Assembly (NCBI RefSeq): GCF_964355755.1
Contig: NC_092672.1
Location: forward strand, 21,465,237 to 21,529,236
Direction of reading: 5' to 3'
Length of the DNA stretch: 64,000 bases
Source of the DNA: Antedon mediterranea
Taxonomy: Eukaryota > Animalia > Echinodermata
Below the pieces are notes generated by a model. The model made no database searches, was not told the origin of the DNA, and was given only the letters and a program-made list of their open reading frames with translations. Below are positions 25,717 through 39,649 of this stretch, in pieces. The position numbers and the translations under genes are program-made. How positions within the stretch are numbered: position 1 is the stretch's first letter; every line of letters starts with the position of its first letter.

Positions 25717-26926
25717 CTAAAACCGGAAGAGGCGTACGACGTCAGCATCCTTTAATAATTCACCTTTGACACAGAATGTGATAGAGTTAAGTTATGAATC
25801 ATTGTTATGTAGGTCAAAGATCTAGAGCCAAAAAATATCTATTCTATTATTGGAATAGCATTCAGTAGGACCAACACAATTTCAGTAGGTATTTGATTTT
25901 CACATTAATTTTCATTTTTTCTTAACTTTAATTTTCTTATCGTGTGCTTCAGTTTGTATCATTTATACTCATTTTTATTACAACAGAAAATTTATTTAAA
26001 TAAAAATGTAACATTGAATGCAAAACTTTCTTTTGTTTTGTTGATTGACAGCTTTATTTGAATCCATAATGAAAAAAAAAACAAAAAAACTCTGGCATAT
26101 AGTAATGTAGGAAATATAAATAAGTGAATATTTACAATTAAAACAAATTTATAAATTTACAAACTACCCATTAACAATGCTAAAGTATCCAAAGTCCAAA
26201 TACAGTGTATTTTGTAAGGACCTTTTGTTATCACTATTAGTGGTTGCAGGTTACTTGGGCACCTGATTTACAAACACCTATACATTTATGTTGATATTGT
26301 TTTTGTTATCCTAACTCCAGGGAAGTGACTTGAGTTTCTGGCAGTGGCACTCTTTGTTGTAATGTTCATTTGAATAATGTCTTGTATGAACCTCATCTCA
26401 TTTAGTGATTGTATTATAGTATTTTGTCTAATTTCAAGTACAATTATATAATTGTATTTTTACAAGACCTTAATCAGTCATTATTAGAGTTTACCTGAGG
26501 TACCTTGATACACCTTGTTTGCTTTACCTAAAATAGTAATTCACGTTGGTTTGTAGTTGTAATCAACTAAATGATAAGAACAAAGCAAACACTAAGTCAC
26601 GCTATGTTGTAATTTGTATAGAATCCATTGAATTGCACTGGTTATCACTATATAAATAATGATATAAAAGTGTTTGGTCTTCTGTACAACAACCACTTGC
26701 ATTGAACTTTTGAAGAGGTAAGGTTGCATATTTTGGATTTATTTTATTTTAGCATTGCTCCACTGTAAGTGTTGTAGGTCTAGAAATATTATAATATTAT
26801 TTGATAGAGGAGGCATTGGTTGAGGAGATTGTTGATAGAAGAGACAATGATTGTATTATACATTTACTCTATTTCAACATCATGTTCAGTACTTTTAGTC
26901 CTAGTACTGTATTAATATTGATTATT

Positions 26927-27129
26927 GTCAAAATTAGAGGAAGGGATAGTATTTAGGTTGAGTTTAAAGCCACAATCTACAGATGATCCCAATGATTGCT
27001 TCATTCTTTGCCATTGTGATGAGCTGTCAAAATTAGAGGGAGGGGGTGGTATTTAGGTTGAGTTTAAAGCCACAATCTACAGATGATCCCAATGATTGCT
27101 TCATTTTTTGCCATTGTGATGAGTTGTCA
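26927..27129. repeat. ~100-bp tandem duplication
   Basis: GTCAAAATTAGAGG...GCCATTGTGATGAG occurs twice in succession. Confidence 0.9.
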
Positions 27130-27342
27130 CACAAGTTTCTTTTTATCATCAAGTATCTACCTCTAGTATTCAAATAACTCACAATATTATCATCATGTTT
27201 TAATGTCTGTGAAAAGAAGCTGTGTATTTATTAATGCAGTTTACTTTAATATAAAATTATTTGAATTGAAAAATTGTTTTTTTTTATAATACAGTATAAC
27301 ATTATACATTGTTTTTGCGTTTTCTTTCAGTTTAGCAATACA

Positions 27343-27393
27343 ATGGCTCTCCATGGATGGCTGGGTAAACTTTGTAAAGAAAATGATCTTGAG
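27343..27393 (+). CDS. Ankyrin-repeat gene, first coding exon (MALHGWLGKLCKENDLE)
   Basis: Acceptor TTTTCTTTCAG at 27330, ATG at 27343 in context ACAATGG, donor GAG|GTAGGC; phase 0. Confidence 0.7.
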
Positions 27394-28021
27394 GTAGGCA
27401 AGTTTACACTGTTTTAGGATAATAGCATTTAACCAGCAACAATTTAAGCAACACTATCACAACTATCAACAACTTAATAAATTGTTCTATTAGCTTATGA
27501 TCTGGAATCAAAAGAGAACTAAAACAAGTAACTAAATAAAATAAATAGTGACAACAAATTTAACTTACAGTATTACAATGGATCAAAATAATCACTGTAG
27601 TGCTTATATGCTGTTCGCTCATTTGATGTGATTGTTTTGCTTTAATTATTTGACCAGCATATCAACACATTAACATACAATACAACATAGAGATGAAAAA
27701 TGCTGGGCAGGGGTAGCTTAAGTAAAATACATTACTGTAAATCAAATGAGCCAGCTACCCCTCATACAAAAAAAAATTAAAAAAAAAAATTAAATACAAA
27801 TTTCATTAAAATTAATGTAAATACAAAATTTAAGACCAGAAGAAAAAAAACTTATTTATTTGGGCAATTTAATATTATTATTATAATGATAATATTATAA
27901 TATAATGGCTGTAATTTAATACAACATGAAATGTATGTTGTTGTCTATGTTTACTATAGTATATGTATTTTAATGAAAAATGTAACTGAATGCATATTGA
28001 TCTATATGTTTTATTTCATAG

Positions 28022-28096
28022 ATGGCAAGAGAAAAAACTGCTGAAGAAATTTGCCATTTCATTGTCCGCAACAATGCTGTCAACATCAAGAACCAG
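28022..28096 (+). CDS. Ankyrin-repeat gene, coding exon 2 (MAREKTAEEICHFIVRNNAVNIKNQ)
   Basis: TTTCATAG acceptor, 75 nt open, CAG|GTAGGC donor. Ends in an ankyrin linker-like VNIKN. Confidence 0.78.
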
Positions 28097-28184
28097 GTAG
28101 GCCTATACATCAATTTGTGTTCCTTTGTAATGAATTTGATAATACAAACCTTAAATTACTTGACACTAATTAAAGTGCATCAAT

Positions 28185-28572
28185 ACTAATTTGTTTTTAA
28201 GATCTTTTATAAGTGCCTTACGCCTGCTCCTTAATAAACCTAGGTCATGCAGTGCCAGCACCATGTTTGTAGAAAACCACACCTGCTCGTTCTACGAACT
28301 ACTACGTAAGGTGGTGTTTGGCATGTTGTGCAGGTTAGGGAGGTCAGACAATATTGTCATAAAATGTATTCATGAATTTGCTTTTCCTTCATCCAATCTA
28401 CATAGTAGATGGATGAATCTATTGTTCTAACCGTGACTATGTAGCATAGGTTTTTTTATATATCTACATATATATGTATTTGTTATATTTGCAATAATGT
28501 ACACTAATTTGTTACCATACTGAACTATGGAGAATTTTTTTTTTCCGAAATAAAAGATGAATGAATGAATAA
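28185..28572 (+). mobile_element. LINE (L2/Daphne-like) 3' terminal fragment
   Basis: ORF 28191-28430 (LRLLLNKPRSCSASTMFVEN..FYELLRK..RLGRSDN) resembles an ORF2 C-terminus. It is followed by AATAAA and a (TGAA)n tail. Confidence 0.6.
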
Positions 28573-28667
28573 GTGTTCTCTGGTTGCATATTTGCAGTTA
28601 ACATTCACACTGATTGTTAAAAGCATCATATTTGTTTCACTTCTTGAGCATTTTTTAGTGTTAAAAA

Positions 28668-29327
28668 GTATATTGTGTGTTTATATCTTATCTTAGCTGT
28701 CTGTTAGATGGTTTGTATATTGTGTGTTTATATCTTATCTTAGCTGTATGTTAGATGGTTTGTATATTGTGTGTTTATATCTTATCTTAGCTGTATGTTA
28801 GATGGTTTGTATATTGTGTGTTTATATCTTATCTTAGCTGTATGTTAGATGGTTTGTATATTGTGTGTTTATATCTTATCTTAGCTGTATGTTAGATGGT
28901 TTGTATATTGTGTGTTTATATCTTATCTTAGCTGTATGTTAGATGGTTTGTATATTGTGTGTTTATATCTTATCTTAGCTGTATGTTAGATGGTTTGTAT
29001 ATTGTGTGTTTATATCTTATCTTAGCTGTATGTTAGATGGTTTGTATATTGTGTGTTTATATCTTATCTTAGCTGTATGTTAGATGGTTTGTATATTGTG
29101 TGTTTATATCTTATCTTAGCTGTATGTTAGATGGTTTGTATATTGTGTGTTTATATCTTATCTTAGCTGTGTGTTAGATGGTTTGTATATTGTGTGTTTA
29201 TATCTTATCTTAGCTGTATGTTAGATGGTTTGTATATTGTGTGTTTATATCTTATCTTAGCTGTATGTTAGATGGTTTGTATATTGTGTGTTTATATCTT
29301 ATCTTAGCTGTCTGTTAGATGGTTTGT
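28668..29327. repeat. 47-bp minisatellite, 14 units
   Basis: GTATATTGTGTGTTTATATCTTATCTTAGCTGTATGTTAGATGGTTT repeated almost perfectly. Confidence 0.97.
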
Positions 29328-29499
29328 CAATATAATTTAGTACATTAGTCTTTCAGTACAATTTGCTTAGACAATTTCATTGGCTAATACCCGATTTGAA
29401 TAATGGCTTGGTAACCCAATCCCCTGTAATTGTAATTAATTTCAGAATCTGAACAATGATATAATTATTCATCTGTTGAACAAATAACTAAACAAACTT

Positions 29500-30200
29500 C
29501 ATATTAAAGAAATATATACATCACTGAAAAAAAAATACAAGGCACAAGGCAGTGAAAAAAGGATGAACAGGTGGCAAACACTATCCACATTGGACCCCTT
29601 GTACAAATAAAAAAACATAAAAACACAAACATTTAAGATATAAAAATAGCTGAAATGATTCTATTTTAAGTTTCATATATAAAGCATGCAACATGCCATC
29701 ATTTACAACCTGGATTTCACACCTTTTGAAACAAACAATTCAATTTTCCATTTATAAAATGTACCATAACATTAACAAAGTGACAAAACCTAACCATTAA
29801 AAAAAAAAACCTAAAACATGGTAGAACACTGGAGGCCTTTTGTTTCCCCTTCCACCACCAGTTCCTGTGGCTGATTGTTCAAACTTTATATGATCATTTA
29901 TATGATCATCCCAACATAGGTCTGATGCTATTTTGACATCGAGATTAGTTTGTGTTTTCTCAAAGATAAAACCATTCTTCTGATAAAAATATGTGATGAG
30001 ATGTTTATCATGTGATATAGAAATAATTGGAAAAAATTAATTTCCCATGTTACTCCATTGAATAAGAACATCAATGTCCATCTGCGGCAAATGACAGTCA
30101 TCAATGTTAATGATTGACTTGTAACATTTTCCCTATTTAAAATATACGTCATGAACCAATCATGCACATTAATTTAGATGTTGGTGCACTACCCACTGCT
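29500..30200 (-). mobile_element. Highly decayed CR1/L2 RT fragment
   Basis: Minus-strand HDWFMTYILNR, GVTWE..FQLFLYHMIN and SDLCWDDHIN resemble the WF.SYL.NR, GVPQG..PLLFLIYIND and L.W..HI motifs in the expected order. Confidence 0.45.
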
Positions 30201-30557
30201 TCTTGAGGCTGAAATCAAACCCTATCAGCTCAAGCTCTGTGTTGTATACAGATTTAACCACCAGACTAGTGACTGTTTTATTACTACAGTATTACTATTT
30301 TATTATTGTATTCAATTATTCAAGACCCAACAGTGTATCAAAACACCAATACAGGATCAAAATAAAAGTACAATATAACATATTTACATGATAAAAATAT
30401 TAACATAACTAAAAACTTATTCATTAAACATTAACAATTCAACAGATTTAGTTATTCAAGTTATTTAAAATGACATTAAATGCTGTATAAGTATTAATGT
30501 GTAAGTATTACAACTAAAAATATCAATGTTAGGAAAAATTTAACTAGATAATTATAA

Positions 30558-30725
30558 AGCTCTGTTTACACTATTAAACTTTATGTGACAAAAAAAATGT
30601 GATTTGCCCATATATGGACAAAATGATGCCATATCACCACCATATTTGGGAAAATCACCACCACATATTTGTGCACATCACACATTTTTTTGTAAATCTA
30701 GTCTAGTGATAGTGTAGACATAGCT
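30558..30725. mobile_element. PIF/Harbinger-like MITE
   Basis: AGCTCTGTTTACACTAT ... ATAGTGTAGACATAGCT imperfect TIRs with an internally palindromic body; TAA on the left flank. Confidence 0.6.
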
Positions 30726-32298
30726 GAAATTGAGCAACATGACAGAAAGAACTGTTTTTACTATAAAACATGCACATGAATATGAGTTTTAAACCGCCTG
30801 ATTATATACTGACATTTAATTAATTAATTTGAAACAATAAAGATGAGGAAACATAAGAATATTTAAATTACAAATAAATTGACATTTAGTCCTTATGAAA
30901 CTCAAATCTTAAAACATTAATCCTCTCAATATTTTAAAAATTCTATAAGAATAATATTTAATATAATGTTGTTTTACTCTACTATCACTTTGTTCTATAT
31001 TTATTTTACTGCATGTTTGTGTCTTTGTCTTTCTGATTCTGAAATATTTAAAGTTATTGGTGAACTCTACACAGTAGGCACATTGTAAATAAACTATAGA
31101 AATTGATACCAAGAACTATGTTTATCCTCTTTCTTTTAGAGAATCAAGAGGGATTTTGTGGATGGATGTCCTCAATAATCCTCATTATGGGATTATTTTA
31201 AAAATGTGTTACTTTAGCAATGTGAAAATAAACAAACCATGTTCACAAGAAGAAAATGTTGTGAATGAAATCATTAAGATTAGATTTGGGTTATGGCTGG
31301 TAGATGGTATACATTACAAAAATAATAAATAGTAAACTGAATCAACAAATTAAACTTGTATAAATGATGACAAATACTCACAATAAAAGCTTAAAAATTG
31401 TTTGCTCATTTGACTGACACATACTTAGTATGTTATGTTCAGGCCTAATTTATCTAATTTTCTTTAGTACCATACTTGACTACAGTCGGTATAACATAGT
31501 ATAATAGCAATAATTCATGTTATTCTTTCAATGATTGTGAACATACTGTCTGTTATTATTTCATACTGTAGATCCTAAATGTATATCAAAGCAATGCTGA
31601 AAATTAGTATTATACCGTATTGTTTTTGTTATACATATATTAAGTTTTAATTGATTCATTTTATTAGATATATTTTTGACACAGCAAAATAATATGATTG
31701 TAAAAAGGTGATGTTATAATTACACTGTCAATTGTGTATAAAATAGAAATGCCTACACACAAACACACACTAATCAGTAGGCCTAAATGATTATCAACAG
31801 GTACGGCTATTACAAGTTGGAGTGGTGTAATTGAATAGTGAAAACCTGTTAACAGCTACAACACAATTTGAAATTTAAAATAAATTTTCCAGATTTATAA
31901 TTGCACTGTAAAATAATACTATAAAATTGTTCAAAATATGTAGGATGAAGGTTTAATTTAAAATAGCTTTTAAATTCTGCCCAACTATTTCAAAATAAAA
32001 TTGATTATACTAGATTATATAGTTAGTATTATCTGTTTTATATTTCAGAATTCAAGTATACCTTGATCATGAGCATAAGAATAGTTTACACAAACAATAT
32101 ATTTTACAATGCTTAGAAATAATCATTTAAAGTTGATTGTTAGTTATTAGAAAAATATCTTTCAACATTGAAAACAAATAAACTGTTATCAATTAAGGAT
32201 ATTTATTTACAAGATTATTAGTCATTTTTTTGTTTAGATATTAAGGAATAAGATGTACATGTTTTGTAACTTTGTTTATTATTTAATATTTTCAATAG

Positions 32299-32397
32299 GA
32301 GGGCACTACAGCGTTGATGTATGCTGCTTTTGTAGGTAATGCAGCCATCTGCCATCAACTTATTGATGGTGGAGCTGATATTAACCTACAAGATAAG
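32299..32397 (+). CDS. Ankyrin-repeat gene, coding exon 3 (one 33-aa ankyrin repeat)
   Basis: AG|99 nt|GTAAGT encoding EGTTALMYAAFVGNAAICHQLIDGGADINLQDK, which matches the ankyrin consensus. Confidence 0.95.
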
Positions 32398-33632
32398 GTA
32401 AGTAATACACACATTTTTAAAATAAAATTATTGAACCTTCAGTGAAAAAAATCAATGAATTGAAACTATTGTTTTAGAATTTATATGCTACCACCACTAT
32501 AACTTTAGGAAAATCATATACTGTATTATCTCTTAGTGTACGTGAATTCTGTAATCCGAATGGTCAATATATGAGATATAATTCCGTATTACGCCCATTT
32601 ACTCAGTCAAGCGGATCAGAAGGGTAATATATCCCGTATTACCTGTTTGATGTTTCTACGCGCGCGGTATGTATTGTATTTTTGTCGTTGAGCGAATGCG
32701 TAGTTGTGATTTCAACCATCGAATATGAACCAGTCAATACGGGTGTGTGTACTGTATATAGGTCAATATAGAAATGATGTAATAACTTATTTTCTTCTCA
32801 CATAAAACGTTTACAAATTCTCAAAATATTCTTTTTAAACTTGCAATCAAATTTTTGTATTAAGAAAATGTATACTTCAAGTTACTTGTTTACAACATTA
32901 ATATGTGTATTCAATAATATACACATTTATTTTCCACAATTCGTTGCCGAATGCTGCTTTAGAAATAAAGTGTGAAATGAATTTTACAGCACAGTTTTTA
33001 AATATTTTTGCTATTGATTATTATAATTTAACTACTGTACTGTAAAATAAAAAATGCTGATAGCATACACCTAATCATCAAAGTTTGTACAGTTAAATGG
33101 TATAGTCAGTATGTTTTTATAAATTGATAACATTCAATAGAATGCTCATAACACAAACTTTATTCTTTTGAATATTTAACTGTATTTTAGTATTAGGCAG
33201 GTTAGATAACAGGAATAACATTTGTTAATATAAGTTTTAAAAATAAATTTACATTTTAAAAAAAGGTTGTGAATATGAATCATGTCTATCATCAACCTCC
33301 ACCTTGATTCCTTTGCTCTTTATATTTTAAGGATATTTCTAGATTAAAATGATATTAGGCTGAAATGAAAGGTTGTGAAGATTACTTTTGGTAGAAGGGC
33401 TCTTCTTACCTAAAATTAGAGCAAATACATAAGCCCATAACACCATAATAATATTATGACAAAAATTACATATACACACATATATATATTATGCAAAATT
33501 TCATATTTTTGGTGGTATATTGTTCTGTATAATTTTGAAGATTCTAAGTTGTTTAAATTTAACCAATGGCAGCATATCATATTTAAAATTGAGTTGCTCC
33601 TACAGCCTTGTGTTAAATGTTAGTTGGAACCA

Positions 33633-34640
33633 TCTATATATAAATTTACGTAAGGGCAAAATTCGGTAAATCGCGCGTTATTTCTAGAATGTTTACTCGA
33701 TGGTATATAAAGTTGGTTCGTACTTTCGGTACTGATTTTAACCACCTGATGTAACCCTGTTTACTAATTAAATTTAGTTCGATAATTAGTTATTGACGAT
33801 TAAAACGAATTTAGGTTCAACGATTTGCCCCAAATAGGGGTGTTTTTCGATCGTAGTATACACTGTCTAATGGATGTCCATCTTGAAAAATACCCGCAGA
33901 CGATAATACGAGGATGCTTCGCATTTTCCTATCTCCTCTTACGATAATTGTTTTTAATGGCTGAAAACCGGTTGAACAGCTCGAGTACAGCATCATAATG
34001 TTGAAGACAGGCCGATTTTCTTTAAAAAATACTATTTTGATAGATTTAATATACGTTTATACAAATGTATTGATTTGCGATGAATGGAACATTCCAATCT
34101 CTGTTCCACAAGTGTCTATTCCCTCAGGTGTCGTAAAGGCAAGTCCTGTATACTCATAACAGAAATTCGATCCATTTTTTTTTTCAATCTGTGCTGCAGA
34201 GGTTGGATATAAATTTTTTTTAAACGGATAATGAGCTAACGTTTTCACTCGCCATATATTATGTACAAATCGTTATTATTGCAGTTAAACCACCCACATC
34301 ATCACCCTTCCCTCACTGGCATGAGTAGCGTTGTAAAACCAGTAGAGGATAGGCCTAAGGTACATCACATGGCCTAAACGCAGAACAACGTTGGTGGGTA
34401 GGGTAGGAACCCCGTTAGGAACCAACTTAAGTATGAATTGGCTCTAAGAAACAATTGAAAACCATTAGGCCTACTAATTAAGTTGAGTTGGATAATTTAA
34501 TATTTATTGACGATTAAATCGAATTTATGATTTTCCCCGAATAGAGGTGGTTTTCACAAATTGTTTTACATTATATAAACATATACACGTCGTAGATGTA
34601 TCGTTACATGTACTGTACTACTGTGCTAATTTCGAAATCT
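33633..34640 (+). mobile_element. Non-autonomous Helitron, copy 1 (3'-truncated)
   Basis: Starts A|TCTATATATAAATTT. About 900 bp are the reverse complement of 36895-37798 and of 63080-64000. Confidence 0.85.
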
Positions 34641-35539
34641 ACAGTATTCTAGCTAATCTTGGTTTATTTAAAACAAAAAATTGTAAATTGCTAAAAGATC
34701 ACATAACCAAAAAAAACTTGTAATTTTTATTTTTTGGTGTTAAACAGTTTATGAGAAAAAATTGCCTTGAAGCGTAACAGTATTGTGGTTATAATCAAGA
34801 AATTGCAAATTTCAAGGAAATTAAATTAGTTTACACTGAAAAGGTACACACAAGTGTAACCAACAATTCTTGAGTAAGCTACATTTTAATTTCTACATAA
34901 TGCATTGCTCTATAGTTCTAAATTTACGACTGAACCTCGCTCTTCAATATTAGTTTGAATTATACTAAATTGTTTGGTCTATCTAATTTCTTATATAGTA
35001 GTTTTCATTAATTCATTTATTTTTAATCCCATGAATTATTAAACAAATAATTACATACATCTATTATGTATTTTTGTTTATGTGCATAGTAGGATAGATA
35101 ATAAGCAGCACTTAGCACAATCAATTGATTGTCTACAAGATTACAATTCAGTCGGAGAGAGAGAGCCGCGTTGGGAAATATGACCGTTATCGCGAAATTT
35201 TCGACTTTGCATGACGTCATTAATTTTAGAAGCCCTCTCTCGGCACAGAGGCATCAACGTTTCACGCGAAAACATTAGCATAAAGTATACGTCATTTTAT
35301 AGCTGTTTAATAAACATTAATAGGCGAAAAATTAACCATATATGGTAAGATCAGTTCCTTATATGTTTAAGATGTCGCAGGTCACCTAATTTTCTGAATA
35401 ATTTGTTGGATTTGTTGTCAGTGACAGTTTCTTTCCAAAGTTCGTGTGCAGCCGTCAAAGCTGAAGTTTTCTAACTTGTGTTTGTTTACAAATTTTCCAT
35501 TAGTGGGATATGCATCCCATACAGTGAATTACCAAAAAA

Positions 35540-35985
35540 TCGGCGAGTAAGTATCAATAGGGCTTATAAATGATAATGTGTGTTGGGCATAGATCTTCAC
35601 CTTAATTTTTCCAGTTCAGTGTGCATTTTCAATCAAAATATTATTTAAGCCAAGATCAGTTTTCAATATGTCCTTTACAAGTTGCATTTGATCTTTTCCT
35701 TGATGTCACCAAATCTTAGGTTGTTAGAGTGCCTTTCAACTCGTAGCAATTCAGCTTCCATGTACAGTAGCTGAAGTATCCTGTTTAGATTTGATGCTTC
35801 ACACATTCATAGTCAAACTATCCGTTGTAGCTTTAAATTTATCCTTAAGTTTTACTTTAAAGTTCCATAACATTTCTGTCCAGCAATGCTTGTTAGCCTT
35901 GCTTTAGTGATGCTCTTTCCTTGTCAATCCTACTGTTTATGTCAGCTGCTAAGCTACCCATTTCACCACTAAATGCATTCATTCA
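35540..35985 (-). pseudogene. Decayed LINE ORF1 remnant
   Basis: Minus strand gives MEAELLRVERHS-NNLRFGDIKE..QLVKDILKTDLGLNNILIENAH*TG, matching the ORF1 pattern E..SRRNNL.F.GI.E...IERAHR.G. Confidence 0.6.
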
Positions 35986-35989
35986 TCGG

Positions 35990-36248
35990 CAGGGGTTCGA
36001 GGCTCACTCACTCCATGGTTCTGGTGGTAGAACGAGTCTTCTCGGATAAGGACTATAAACCATAGGTCCAGTGTACACATCTAGCTCGTGTGCACTTTAA
36101 AGAACCTAGTACATCTTTCGAGACGAATAGGGGGTTACCCCGGTGTATTAGTACATCACAGCCACTGATCACTAACTGGGCCCTCTGGGAGACCAGTCTT
36201 TGACTGAAGAGGTTACCCAGTATAGATATAAATTTCAATTCAATTCAA
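35990..36248 (+). mobile_element. tRNA-derived SINE with Deu/Nin-like core, 5'-truncated
   Basis: B-box GGTTCGAGG at 35994. The core GTCTTCTCGGATAAGGACTATAAACC...GCACTTTAAAGAACC...TTCGAGACGAATAGGGGGTTACCCCGGTG resembles the DeuSINE domain. (TTCAA)n tail. Confidence 0.7.
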
Positions 36249-36439
36249 CATTTTTTATTCATAGCATGTTCAGTAGGCTTAGTTTTTTACCTATTCTATG
36301 AATTTGAGTTTTCCTTGTATTCATAGTTCAAGATAAAGCACTTATAATTAATTGGTTATGAATACTCCTAGGCATATTCTTAGTAAAATGTAATGGTTTT
36401 AGACTTGCAAAATGATCAACTGTTGGGAATTAAATATTA

Positions 36440-37798
36440 CTAGATGGTACGCGAGCGAAGCGAGCGTACCATCTAGGTCGTGCCCACAGATGGTTCTCGA
36501 ATACATAATAATTTCAGCGTTAAAAAACTGGCGATTTCAAATGTACGTACCGCAGGACAAATACAGGAACGAATAAATAGACAATGTGATTTATGTACTC
36601 AACTAAAAATAGCACCCTGGGAATTACTTCCGAAAGAGAAACTTGTCAAAAAATGAGACCAATTGTTTAAGTCAAATTTAAACAAACTTAATTTGTGTTT
36701 TGTATGTAACATTAGGGTTGAGGGATGGGGAAGAGGATGGGTGGAAAGAAAGAGGAACAATTTTTAAATATATTCTTTATCTATTTAGTAACGAAATATT
36801 AATTGTTTTCATGTTTTACAAATAATATACCACTACACACAGTAAAACATTGCGATGTAATACTTTGTTGAAACTATAACCGTCTAAGTCGATTGAAATA
36901 GTACAGTACATGTAATGATGTAACATCACTACGACGTGTATATGTTTATATAATGTAAAACAATTAGTGAAAACCACCTCTATTCGGGGAAAATCATAAA
37001 TTCGATTTGATCGTCAATAAATATTAAATTATCTAACTCAACTTAATAAGTAGGCCTAATGGTTTTCAATTGTTTCTTAGAGCCAATTCATACTTAAGTT
37101 GGTTCCTACCCTACCCACCAAAGTTGTTCTGCGTTTAGGGCATGTGATGTACCGTAGGCCTATCCTCTACTGGTTTTACAACGCTACTCATGCCAGTGAG
37201 GGAAGGGTGATGATGTGGGTGGTTTAATTGCAATAATAAAGATTTGTACATAATATACGGCGAGTGAAAACGCTAGCTCATTATCCGTTTAAAAAAAATG
37301 TATATCCAACGACTGCAGCACAGATTGAAAAAAAATGGATCGAATTTCTGTTATGAGTATACAGTACTTGCCTTTACGACGCCTGAGGGAATAGACACTT
37401 GTGGAACAGAGATTGGAATGTTCCATTCATCGCAAATCAATACATTTGTATAAACGTATATTAAATCTATCAAATTAGTATTTTTTTAAGAAAATCGGCC
37501 TGTCTTCAGCATTATGATGCTGTAATCGAGCTGTTCAACCGCTTTTCAGCCATTAAAAACAATTATCGTAGGAGGAGATAGGAAAATGCGAAGCATCCTC
37601 GTATTATTGTCTGCGGGTATTTTTCAAAACGGACATCCATTAGACAGTGTATACCACGATCGAAAAACACCCCTATTTGGGGCAAATCGTTGAACCTAAA
37701 TTCGTTTTAATCGTCAATAACTAATTATCGAACTCAATTTAATTAGTAAACAGGGTTACATCAGGCGGTTAAAATCAGTACCGAAATTTATGTATAGA
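36440..37798 (-). mobile_element. Non-autonomous Helitron, copy 2 (both termini intact)
   Basis: Minus strand: A|TC at 37798 and a 3' hairpin CTAGATGGTACGC-TCGCTTCGCTC-GCGTACCATCTAG|T at 36476-36440. Inserted between A and T with no TSD. Confidence 0.88.
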
Positions 37799-39039
37799 TG
37801 CAGAGCAAGTACAGTATGTCTATATATATACCTTTACCTTATAAATACCTTTACCTTACCTTTATGTCTTCACTCAGAGATGTCCATAGCACTTTAATTT
37901 TACTGTAAATAAGAATTTGAGTTCTCTACACTAAAGGTTATTCACATGACAGTATGTAATAGTGATATGTAAAAGGAATTTAATAATTAATCATAATCAT
38001 CAGAAATAGAACAATGTATGTAATTAATACAAATTGTTCAATACAATTTAAAATATTTAATATTCCTGGAGTACAGTAGGAGGGTTTGTTTATAATTTTA
38101 TAATTGTATTATTCGATGGATAGGCAGCCAAACAAAAAAATTTTTTTTTACTCCATCTTTGGTATTGCATTCTTTGAAAATTACCTTTTTTTTCAATGAG
38201 CTTGCCTGAATCTTCTCCTTCCTTTGGATATATATCGTATTTTGTATTTGTATCATCTTCTTCACATTTTTTTTTTCTGGGAGCCTAGGCGTAAAGTTTT
38301 TAAACTTATATAGGTTTCCTTCCACATACTATGTTTTTTATTGTTTATTATCAAGTGTTTATATAATTATTATTTTATGTATTTTTGATATATGTGTGGA
38401 GAACATTTATTGAATATTTATTGAATAAACAAATCAAATCAAATAAAAAAATAATATAATAATTTTGTGTATGTATGCTAAAAATGTAAACATGTGAACT
38501 CACATGTTGTATACAAATATCATTGGGCTAGGTTCAAATTTTGGTTTATATCTAGTAGGACCAATACAATTAATGTTCATTACTAGAGTAAGCTAAGCTG
38601 TTTTGAAATTAAAATGACCATTTTGATTAACTGACAAATATAAATGAAAGTGAAACTATTGTTTAATAGTGAGTATACGTGTAATTCTTTAAATGTTATG
38701 ATTTTATAAAAACCAAATGATGGTTACCTCACCAATAGAAGTTAGCCTAGGCTTATAATAGAATTAAGACAATATTTTTGTGAATAGAATAAAAAAAATA
38801 CTTTTTGTCTTTTTCTAATTGTACATTAGTGAATTAATCATAAATATATTTATAGTTGTGACTACATTAGGTGTGATTTAATTTTTTTTCTGTTACATTT
38901 TTTCATTCATACTTCAAATTATGTCACTGTAGTAAAAGAATTGTCAGGAAATCATGTCATGCAACATGGAAATATTTCTGTTTTAGGATACGACATTATA
39001 CCTCATATTTTTATGGCAACACAACAAAGACTCTCCTAA

Positions 39040-39604
39040 TACCCCTTTCACACCAAAACTCCGGAGTGTCTCCGGAGACACCCCGGGGTTTATGACCATT
39101 CAAAACGTCGAGAAACTCCGGAGATACCCCTTTCACACCAACCTAGCAACTCCGGGGTTTATAAAATAAAATTGTAAATGTCGCCCTCTATTTTGTTTGT
39201 TTACATAGCGACGATCATTAGAATCATTTTAATTAATAATATGTTTAATTTAATAATTACTTTCAAAAGTCTCAGAAGTAATATAATGTTTTATTGATAC
39301 TATTTATTATTTTTGAACCCGCTATATATGTTGTACAAATATTTAAAGTATTTTGAAATAAAACTAAAGCAATGAGTGATCGTGTGAGGATGACCTTTTG
39401 ACCCGAAACACTCCGGAGTTTGATGTTGGTACCTTTCACACCAAAACACCGGGGTGTCCCCGGAGTTCGCTCTCCGGAGAATGTTCAGCTGTTCAACCCC
39501 GCAGTTTTAAACTCCGGAGTTGCTTGATTTTACCTTTCACACCAAACAGCGGGGCGTCAACTCCGGGGTGTCTCCAGAGTTTTGCTTTTGGTGTGAAAGG
39601 GGTA
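39040..39604. mobile_element. PIF/Harbinger-like MITE
   Basis: TACCCCTTTCACACCAAAA ... TTTTGGTGTGAAAGGGGTA TIRs, with internal CCTTTCACACCAA and CTCCGGAG repeats. Confidence 0.78.
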
Positions 39605-39649
39605 TATAATATTAACCATGATTTGTATGCTTTCCTAATATCTGACATA

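Noticed and set aside
33631-37800. Single 4.2-kb TIR transposon
   Set aside because: No TSD. The arms have Helitron TC and hairpin-CTAG ends, and a third unpaired copy exists at 62.8 kb.
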